Positions 1 through 9,500 of a stretch of DNA of 64,000 nucleotides are shown piece after piece (the stretch's first letter is position 1; every line of letters starts with the position of its first letter). A program made the translations under genes and the position numbers. This DNA comes from Klebsormidium nitens (taxonomy: Eukaryota; Plantae; Klebsormidiophyceae). Below the pieces are notes generated by a model. The model saw only the letters and a program-made list of their open reading frames with translations, had not been told where the DNA came from and ran no database searches. The DNA lies in contig DF237250.1 of assembly GCA_000708835.1 (NCBI GenBank), positions 1 to 64,000 of the forward strand, written 5' to 3'.

Positions 1-282
1 GAGTCAATCTTAGACACGAGAGAACCTGCTTCCAACCATCACCGGCGGTTGTATGAAGCACGCTATCGGCACTCGAATCTGGACAAATATAGAGATTGGT
101 CTTGTAAGCACTATAGCAAAGCTAAAGTGGAGATATGTTTACGCAAAGCTTTTATCCGATATTCCGAAGGCAAGAGGCTTCGACCTTCCACCATGGCAAA
201 GCTTGTAGTTGCCGGTTATTTGCAAGAAGGCAACTTGCATTCGAGGCCAATGAACGAGATCTGTCAGTGGACTTGTCAATGA
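1..282 (+). CDS. Small basic hypothetical protein, reading frame open from base 1 (5'-truncated by window)
   Basis: Frame reads ESILDTREPASNHHRRLYEARYRHSN...; C-terminal part resembles the ORF at 5728-6144 (RYR...I.L..A..R...G...P.T..KL..AG). Confidence 0.45.
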   Translation, partial: ESILDTREPASNHHRRLYEARYRHSNLDKYRDWSCKHYSKAKVEICLRKAFIRYSEGKRLRPSTMAKLVVAGYLQEGNLHSRPMNEICQWTCQ

Positions 283-434
283 TGTGCTTCTCCATTGCAT
301 GTTCCATCGGACCGGCCGTTGCTTTTCACACGTTTGCATGGAGGGCGATTTCTGTCAAGATCAAGATTTCAACGCGTCCGGATTCTAAGAATTATTTTCC
401 TTAGTACTCATCATAGGGGGTACCCAGCCCTAGA

Positions 435-2901
435 ATGAATCCGGACCTCAATGAAAGCATCTCATCGTACCGGAGCCTTGATCTCCTGCCGGTTACGTTC
501 AAGCTTACATGGAACAAACTGGATAAGAAGAAAGACGCAAGTAACTTTAGATGCTCATACTCAAGCATCGTGGATGAGATTTCTTGGGGGTTGCACGAAG
601 ACACAATTCGCAACTGTTCCGACAAGAATGCCCTTGCCCTTCTATGCGGACGATCGGGCCCAAACAGCATTATTATGATTGATATCGACTTGCCCAAAAT
701 GAATGAAAGCAAAACCTTTGCTAATGGTCTTGATGTCTGGAAACGCTTGACAAAAGCGCACGGCGAACCTCTCACCTGGACAGCCGAAACACAGAGTGGC
801 GGCTTACATTACTACTTCAGAGCGGATTCCCCCGGACTTGAACGGAAGGCAGACGCGACCAAGTTATACATCAACTCCAGCCAAACGACTATCGATTTTC
901 GAGGCAATGGCATCTGCTTCGCCACCCCCCACTACCATCATTCGTGACGGTGAAGAGCATTCATACAGATGGCTAAAGTCTCCTTGGAAAACGAAGCTCG
1001 CCCGCCTTCCGTTGTGGCTCGTAGATATCTTGAACGCTCAAGACTCCACAAAGCAAGCTGCCCAAGGGCCGGCAAAACACCCCAGCAATAATACATCAAT
1101 TGTCAGCAAAGCAAAAGCAAAACAGACAATAACCACAGAACTCTTGTCTCCGCAAGCAACCTCCTCTATCGAGGCAGAAAAGGCAATCCAAGTTGCAACG
1201 CAGCTACTGCGAAGTAGATGCAACGACCAAACAAGTTTCTACAGAGGCATCAAGCTTCGAGATGGGGAAGCCATCTTAAAGTTCAGAGTGAAGGAGAGCA
1301 GAATTTGTCCTTACGGAGAGGAACATACGAGCAACAGTTTCAGCATCATCTGCAACGGGATCTGCATGGAATACCGCTGCCTGTCAACAGGATGCAAAGA
1401 GCGACAAAGAGTGCTTCTCGGGCTGCACCATTGGCCTTCGCTTTCGATTTCCAAAGCACGTTTTGATCTGCGCCCTATCGAAGAAGCGGAGAGGATCGTA
1501 TCCAACGCTAAAAGCACTATTGACAAAGTGCAGTATCAACATGTATGTCAGCAACTCACACAAATTGCTATCGAAACGATGAACCACTATTTCTGCGTTC
1601 TAGACGGCAGCTTAAAAGTGCTTTTCATTGAAACTCTCTACGTGCAAAGAGGAAATACTTGGGTGCCAAATGACAGCATCCTTCGAACAAGAGCTGAGTT
1701 CCTGAAACGGTCCGAATCATTCAACCTGGACAGTCTCAAGATTGGCAACCTTGGGAAGGTGTGGTGCAAGTCATCAGCGAGAAGGACGCTCAATAAGGTA
1801 GTCTTCGAAGCGAACTCTCGTCTGGTTTCACCTGACAACTACAACCTATTTTACGGGTTTCCCTTTGCTTACGAAGCGCATCAACCTGTTGACATGATAG
1901 AAATCGATCCTCTCTTGAAGCATCTCAACGAGGTATTGGCAGACAATGATCCTGCTGTAGCAGAGTACATTCTAAATTGGTTAGCTCATCTTGTTCAGAA
2001 GCCGTACAAAAAAATCGGAACAGCTTTGGTCTTCAGATCTGACCAAGGCGCAGGCAAAAGCATAATCACTGACTTTGTGGGCAAACACGTCATCCGACCC
2101 CGTTATTACTTGTACTGCAACGATATGGAGAAAGTCATAGGCAAATTCAACGGAATAGCAGCAAACCTCCTCTTGGTATGCTTTGATGAGGTGAGCTCTT
2201 GGGGGGGAGCATACAAATCGAACAATCGACTTAAAAGTCTGATCACACAGGATACAACAATCCTGGAAAAGAAAGGTATCGATCCCCTTCAAGTACCCGA
2301 TCTGGCTAATTATTGGTTCAACACGAACGAAGACTGGCCCATCAAAAAAGAGGCCACAGACCGTAGGTATGCATGCTTCGAAGCATCGGACTCTAGAATC
2401 GGAGATCAACCCTACTTTGATCGGCTTTGTGAAAGCCTCACTAGCACTACAGCTGAACATTTCTATCGGTACTTGATGTCAAGAGAAGGCGTCGATAACT
2501 GGAATGCAAAACAGATCCCCAAAAGCAAGTGGAGTTCAGCCTTAAAGGAGCACTCAATCCCCTTCTGGGCAAAGATGATATGCGGTCTGCTAGACAACGG
2601 CATATTTTCAGCGGATTTGAAGACAAAGGTGCTGAGCGCAACCATATTTAAGACATATAGATCCTTCTTGGACAATCAAGGCGCCAAGGAAGATCCACCG
2701 ACACAAAAAGACGTGTTCATCGGTCGCATCAAACGGACACTTGGACTTGACGGTTTCAAAGACACCACTGGTCGCGGCTTGATCTTTCCAACGAGGAGTG
2801 AGCTCGAGAAAAGGCTGCAAGAGATACGTTTACACGTCGACGAAGTGTACTGGGAGGGGTCATGGGCGTTCGACCCAACTCTTCTAAGCTCGTCGGCTTG
2901 A
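435..2901 (+). CDS. Intronless bifunctional primase-polymerase (Prim-Pol) + Zn-finger + SF3 (D5/NrS-1-like) helicase, about 820 aa, with one +1 frameshift at ~921-930
   Basis: 435-947: IIMIDID, TQSGGLHYYF, IDFRG (AEP Prim-Pol motifs). Continues in the 796-2901 frame after GCCACCCCCC (PPTTIIRDGEEHSYRW..LPLWLVDILN). CPYGEEHTSN..YRCLSTGC Zn finger; Walker A QGAGKS, Walker B VCFDE, motif C FNTN, DRRY. Confidence 0.88.
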
Positions 2902-2929
2902 TATTTTACAATTTCTAACCCATCACTTA

Positions 2930-3990
2930 TTACTTTCTCTCGTAAGTTAGCATCGCTGTTCCCCAGTCGTGGAGCATCCTATCGGCTAACTGCTTCCTTT
3001 CAGCAATAGAATGATCATTCGCGAAATGTTCGCTGATGAAAAGGTGACGAAGGTGGTTTTGATTTAATCGCTTTCCTTTTGGAAAAGTGATCGAGCCCAC
3101 AAATTTTGTAAGGTAATTGTCTGACATGGCTTCTGTGGTATTCCCCAGCCGAGACAGAACGAAACCTCGAGGAACTAGCTCTATTGATCGTTTTATGTAG
3201 TTGTTTAGGCGCTGTGAGAGTTCAAACTCTTTTGTCCCATACTTCTTGCTCGTCTTGTATGCCTTCAGTACAAGCAGGAACTCACCACTCTTGCTCTCAC
3301 GAAGGCAATTGCCGGTATCATGAAAGGCTGCTTTGGCCTCATCGCAATAAAAGGTTCCGTCCGCTTTCTGAAGAGGAAGACCGCTGAGATCCCTTCGCTT
3401 CGGTGGCTCGTGGATATTGAACGCAAGCAGTAGGTGCTGAAACACTATTTTTACTTCGTCTCTGCTCAGGTTTGATCCACCTTTATGATTTGGCATGATG
3501 CTCCTTCGTATCTGCCTGTTAAGCTCTTCCGCTTTGGCTTTCAACTCTTCCATAGAGATCCAATTGGCAGCTTCTTTCTCTGTGGCCTTCTGTTGGCCAA
3601 CCTTCTTCATCTGATCCAACTTCTTCTCTAAGAAGCTCTCAAAATACTTTTTATAAGTCTCCTCCCAACCCTTCGCGTGAGCACAAACCATTAACGGGGT
3701 GAGTTTATTCTTATAGGTGCCAGGGTTAGGGTACTTTGCGTTGAGTTTTTCAAGTATGATATCTACTGATTTGATCCAATCCAACGTGGATGGCAAAACC
3801 TTCTTGCCAGTCACCAGGGGATGGATTATTCGCACACTGTTGAGGTACTGTTGAATGGTTATTCAGCCCGTTTTCCATCCTTGAACAGGTTGCGCAAAGC
3901 TGCCTCACCTGATGATATCGTTCGCTGTGCATCCCCTTGACTGTTGGAAGTGAATTCTATGCTCGATTGAACGGAAGCTTCTGAGTCCAT
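2930..3990 (-). CDS. Tyrosine recombinase/integrase of the viral/PLV-like type, with one frameshift at ~3862
   Basis: PPKRRD (Arg), YKTSKKYG (Lys), NHLRHLFIS (xxLRH), LADRMLHD (His), MLTYERK (Tyr). An ATG at 3990 gives 43 codons that join ITIQQYLNSVRIIHP by a -1 shift. Confidence 0.85.
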
Positions 3991-4711
3991 GACTACCTTA
4001 TACTACAGAGGCCTATAATAATTCTAAGATTAAAACGAGGCGCCTTCTTGAGATGCGTCCCCTAGGAAATCCTGTTCTAGAACTCTTGGCTGCCCGGAGC
4101 GGATACCCTGGAAAAGATGTATCGACCATTGCCTCATTTGTCCTTACCACCTCAGGTGGCCTTTCCAAATTCCTACCTTCGCTGCTGAACGTGGGTAAGA
4201 CATGGGCTGCATATCCATGAAATTTGCCCTTTTGTCTCGATTCTGGAATTCAAAGACTTCAGATAGAAACACAAGCGGCTAAGATGCACCACCGTTTGAA
4301 TTCCAGATTCAGAGACAGGATCGTCAATCTTCCGCTGTAATCCAGAATTCAAATTCCAAGGCGGCAACTTTTTCCAGTCAGTGGTCATTTTTGACAAAAA
4401 CTCCCAGAAAGTTTTGCTCCCGGGGTCCCAGATTAAGTCCTAATTCGCGCGAAATCGGGACTCCCCCTTCTAGAATGGTGACGGAGGCCATTCATCTTTC
4501 AGAGTGCTCCATGTCGGGGACACGTTGATCAGAGAGGGGCAGTTTTCGTCAATCGGCTGTCAAATTTTGCCAGGTCCACGAGCCGACCAAAGTGCTTTAG
4601 GGGGGGCGACTTCTGAAGCAGGCAGCATGATGCACTGTGCATGGTTTTTATCTGATCTTACATTCATACAGCCGGTCCATGGATAATGCATGCTCATAAC
4701 GGAGCTTTAAG

Positions 4712-5272
4712 GTGCTGCTTGCACTCGACCACAATCAATCAGATGCTTCGATCCTCCTTGAAGACACTCGGCTGGAAATCGATGCTGAAAAAGGTCGTGT
4801 ATCACAGGCTGGCACACGCGCTGGAAGCCAGCTATTTAGGGCGCTTAAATCTGACGGTGCAGCTAAAGCACCCTGCACTGTCTATGTACTGCTGAGGGAA
4901 ACGACTAGAGGCTCATTGAAGAAGCATTTCGGATATGGAGTGTATATCTCTCTGGTGAAGAAGTCCGACAGGCCGCTCGGACTTCCGTTCCAAGGTACGT
5001 TTTCATCATCAGCAACCAAATTACCGGTCAAAGAGCTTCTTGAGATGCACGCCTCCGCAGAGTCGAAGCCAAAGAAGAAGCAACAGAGCACAAAGAAATG
5101 CAAAGCTGTGAGCAAAGCTACGAAGCAGAAATCAAAGGGCCATCCAAAATCAACTACTAATAAAGGCAAGGCGAAGCGATCAGCTACTACGGGCAACTCA
5201 GAAGCCACTGGAAAATCTCAGAGCAAGGGAATGACGCTCAAATGTGTTGCAGTCGAAAGCGACGGGGATTGA
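4712..5272 (+). CDS. Hypothetical protein with Lys-rich C-terminal tail
   Basis: 186-aa ORF within the island; no family recognised; start codon non-ATG. Confidence 0.3.
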   Translation: MLLALDHNQSDASILLEDTRLEIDAEKGRVSQAGTRAGSQLFRALKSDGAAKAPCTVYVLLRETTRGSLKKHFGYGVYISLVKKSDRPLGLPFQGTFSSSATKLPVKELLEMHASAESKPKKKQQSTKKCKAVSKATKQKSKGHPKSTTNKGKAKRSATTGNSEATGKSQSKGMTLKCVAVESDGD

Positions 5273-5319
5273 GAGACGAAGGCCATGCTAGATTTATCTT
5301 TCCTCTCTGATACAAAAAG

Positions 5320-5667
5320 ATGGAGAGAGGTCATACGTACTACGTGCCAAAGCAGCCACGAGGGTTATATAGTTTGCTTCCGTTTATCGACGAGATCGAG
5401 AGCTTTCCACCCTTTCGCTATGAAGGCATCGTGGATAAAGGCCTCAGAAGTCCAGTGGACATGGATTTCCTACGGATGGGCGTTTTGCTTTTACTTCACC
5501 AACTCTGTAACGAAGACCTCGTTGTGTCAGAAGACGACGTCAAGGCCATAATCTCAGCAGGTGTTTCGTACGGTGAATGTGCAGGGTATTCCGAGAAGGA
5601 GGGAGAGCTTCTATTGTCAATCGCCAAGGGGGTACTCAAGGTCTGCAAGGATGCCGAAGACGATTGA
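5320..5667 (+). CDS. Hypothetical acidic protein (115 aa)
   Basis: ATG-initiated, protein-like composition, co-oriented with neighbouring small ORFs, AT-rich spacers on both sides. Confidence 0.45.
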   Translation: MERGHTYYVPKQPRGLYSLLPFIDEIESFPPFRYEGIVDKGLRSPVDMDFLRMGVLLLLHQLCNEDLVVSEDDVKAIISAGVSYGECAGYSEKEGELLLSIAKGVLKVCKDAEDD

Positions 5668-5727
5668 AATTTGCGTTGATCTGTTGGAAAAAAATTAATG
5701 AGAGTATAACAGAACACTTACAACAGG

Positions 5728-6144
5728 GTGGAGTCGACCAGCAGCACTGAGATAACAATCACTCGTCTTGTCCCTTGTAACCTTTGCGGAAAGAAGCATC
5801 GTATCATTCAAAATGCACTGTTTCCAAACGACTCGGAAATTCCTCTATCGTCCGAGGGCGTGCCTCTGTGCAGATTGGTCCAATTGAACAGGCAAAATCG
5901 CTATAGACGTGACAGACAGTGTGTGCTCAAGAACAAGAGTCTCTGGTATCAGAAACATAAGCAGGCTATCTTGCTACAATTAGCTGCCAAGCGTCTAAGG
6001 AGTGGAAGGACTCGGCGACCTCATCCAAAGACCATCTCGAAGTTGAAGGAAGCAGGCGTCGAGTTTGATTCTAACAATAGAATTCTTACCGCCACGTCAG
6101 AGTCAACGGCAGCCGTTGACGAGCTAAAAGCTTCGAACCCTTAG
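5728..6144 (+). CDS. Small basic hypothetical protein with CxxC (CNLC); paralogue-like to ORF 1-282
   Basis: RYRRDRQCVLKNKSLWYQKHKQAILLQLAAKRLRSGRTRRPHPKTISKLKEAG aligns by eye with the 1-282 product. Confidence 0.45.
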   Translation: MESTSSTEITITRLVPCNLCGKKHRIIQNALFPNDSEIPLSSEGVPLCRLVQLNRQNRYRRDRQCVLKNKSLWYQKHKQAILLQLAAKRLRSGRTRRPHPKTISKLKEAGVEFDSNNRILTATSESTAAVDELKASNP

Positions 6145-6254
6145 CGAAGCTCAGGCTTCTAAAACGGGGATGGATTGAGACTCGTACAAGTGTATGTTTG
6201 CCGGAAGCTGCCATGCCAGTCTATCAATGCAGGCCGTTGCATTATGAATCTGCC

Positions 6255-6555
6255 TTCGTTAGACAGCACGGACAGTAAAGACGGATATCTCAAGATCTAT
6301 GGAATAAGCTGTTCTAACGGTCAGAGACATGCCATGATGCGATGCTCATGTTTGTCTGTGAGTGTGGGCCTTCACACAGAGGTTTGACTCGATAGACAGC
6401 ACGGACAGTGAAGACGGATATCTCAGGATCTATGGAATAAGCTGTTCTAATGGGCAGAGAAATGCCATGATGCTGGCAACCCAGTTGTTTGTCCGTTAGT
6501 GTAGGCTTTCACACAGAGTTTTGACTTGATAAACGTACGGACAGTGAAGACGGAG
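6255..6555 (+). repeat. Imperfect tandem repeat, ~133-bp unit x ~2.3, each unit beginning with the triple GACAG motif
   Basis: GACAGCACGGACAGT(A/G)AAGACGGATATCTCA(A/G)GATCTATGGAATAAGCTGTTCTAA at 6262 and 6395; degenerate third start at 6531. Confidence 0.9.
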
Positions 6556-9500
6556 TTTTCGAAGGAAAGTTAGGGAGATAAACACTTGTCTGCCATACGA
6601 TTTCTAGTCAAGGATACTCGCAAAAAGCCGCTGGATCAATGGGTGCGTTCAAGTCCTCTTGTCAATCAATGACCCTGCTTACCACTCTATCGTTCCAATC
6701 TACTATGTTCCGTTGGGTTATTCATTCAGTCTCCATCCTCGATAGCCCCTGATCTGATGGCCTGCGTCTACAAGTCTCGATTCGGATGGCTTTCCTGGAC
6801 CTTCCATGCCATGGGCTCTGCAACTCTTGGCTAAATCCTGAGTAGTGCGCATGGGGGGAGCTCCAGTATCCTCGAATCTGACGCCGTCAACTAGCCTATT
6901 CGGATTGTTGTAAGCCGCCATCAGAGACTCCGACGTCTCAAATGCTTTAATGTCGATGGTACCCTCGTTTTTCAGAAAAGCTGCGAACGGATCGTTTGAC
7001 TGCTCCCAGGACTCCATGTACCTTTTGCTAGTTTCTGGCATGTCAAGTAGCCTCCTCCCGTTCTGGTACCAGTCCTTTGCTCCTATCACCAGGAATACCA
7101 GCAGCTTCTCGACCTCTGCCATCAAAATGCTTTCGAGCCCATCATCTCTGACCCCATGAAGTGGGTTTCTGGGATTGTACCCCGCCTCCTCGGGGTAGAA
7201 GAAGCGCATTGGAAAGACCAGGGTAAGCAGACGGCGCTTCAGCGCAATGGTCCACCTCTTTGCACGCGGCGGGTAGTTGGTGCAGAGAATGTGCTGCAGC
7301 CAAAAAAGCCAGGAAAGAGAGACTTAGCTCGTAAACCGGCACCTCGGGTCTTGTCGAGTTTTCAGCGGAAGTCCAAGCGTTAGTTGACAGGGTAACTGTC
7401 CACCAAGGTAAGCATGCTTCTACGAATCTAGCTTCAAAGACAGCGCAGACAGCAAACACAGACTTCTCAACACTCTCGTAGAATCCGAATGAAATGGCAC
7501 GCATTTTCGTCTCCAAGGAAGAGCTCGAGCAGACGTCTCGAGCAGATTCTGTAAAAAAAGCCCCAAACAGCGGTGTTGTCTATCAAGTGCGGACCTTCAC
7601 TTGCAAACTGTACTTCACAGACACCATGGACAGCAAAGACGGAGATTTCAAAAGAAGTCAGAAGATGAATGGATGTCTGCCCGTCAGATTAGTGCTTTAT
7701 TACTCACCAGTTGTGTCGTTTCAAACGTGACGTAGTCGCGGTAAAGCGCTCTGCTCGTGATGGTTGCCTCTCCGGTGAGCCGTTTCAAGTTGCTCTCCGC
7801 AAACTCGTCAGTTTCTTCTGACTCCAAACAAACAGCCATCCGAACCCCTTGCAGTCCTTGCGCAGATCAAAAAGAGAAGTGCTTTTAGAATTCTGCTGCA
7901 AGATCCGCATACAAAGCAGCTCGCCCTTTTCAAAAAAGATGAAGCTCTATGGTCTAGCAATGCAATTACGAATCAGCACAGCTATACCTTGCATCAGAAG
8001 GCACCTCAGACGTTGTCTAGAACTTCTTACCTGCTTCGTCCGGGCTGGCGGATCCCTTACTGGGCGGCCGCTGCCCCTTCGAGGTCACCAGCATATCCTT
8101 TGACACATCCTTGTAGAACGGACCGATTAGGCGCTTCAAGAGCGTCAACAAGAGGCTCTTTCCAGCGCCGCCCTCCCCGATCATGATGAGCATGACCTGG
8201 TTGGAGATGTGACCCGTGATGCCGTAGCCTAGAATGCGCTGAAGATAGGCTAGAGCTTCTGGGGTGTGCATGATCTCCCTCAGGAACTCGCCCATTCGAC
8301 CTAACGGCGTGTGGACCCCAGTCGAAGGCCACCTGTACCCCAACATGAACGACCACAGGAACTGCAAAAGTAGAGTGTCGGGTGTCAGACTGCCTATCGA
8401 ATTTTATCCCTCTTTCTTCTTTTCACTTCAGTCGATGCGCTGGTTGAAGCACAGCTTTGCGCACTTTCTGAAGCGCTTGAAACATACAACGGAGTTGAAG
8501 TTTACGGTTAAAAGCACGCTTGCGGAGGCCCAGGCGGCCTGATCTTGGAAAGTTGGCTACCAGTTAGATACACGAAGTACTCAACTCCGAATGAATGACT
8601 CTAAAAGAAAGACTCAAGTGAGCCGCTCTCTACCCTCATTGAGATCGTCTCGCTCCTGCCTTTCGAACTTTTGGCCCAAGCAAAGGGAGCTTTTTCATTG
8701 CAGTACGCTTCGACTGCAAGCTCACCTTGGGATGGTGCGGTACTAACTCGGCACTCGGCAGGAGGATGACGCCGTTCAGCAAGGGAAGAGCGTCTCTGTT
8801 GGAGTTGAGCAGCTTCTCGAACCCCGCATCCAGGCAATAGCCTTTCAGGGTCGTCATGATGTTGGACATCCTTGCGTTCCAACTAAAGTTGGTCAGCTTT
8901 TCTGTCTTCTTCTTCTTTCTCTTCGGGGTCCGTTCCTCGCTGCCATCATCCTCCTCGCTCTCGTCTTGCTCAATGGCAGCCCCAGTCTCCTTTTGGTACG
9001 CAGCGCTGATCTTGTTGAGTTCTCCACGGCACACCTTCTGAGCCTCCCGCCCACCTGGGTCTGCCATCCACACCGACCCTGTCCAATAGTACCACTTCTC
9101 GTTGGAGTAGACGAGCTTGTGGCCGGTGTAGGTTTGCAGGCGATCGATGATCTGAGCGCCGCCTTCATCACCTGCATAGATTGCTGTGAGTTAGCACACG
9201 CTGGCACGGAATGAGAATCCAGTCTAGCCGTTTTAGATTGCAAAGATTCATGTGTTGTGCAGATTGCTTGTGCACAATTACCACCTTTGCAGACCCCTTT
9301 TTACGCCTGAATCAAGTATCGTTTGACCCATCGAAGACCAAATAAGGCACGAGAATATGAAACCGAAGCGAAAAGCTCTGTCTTTACTGTCCGCACTGTC
9401 CATGAAGAGGACTCTATGTTAAAAGATTCGCTTGACGGACAGAATGGCTGTCAGTGCAGGGTAGGCGTGAGATCTTGATAAAAGAGATCAGGTGGTCAGA

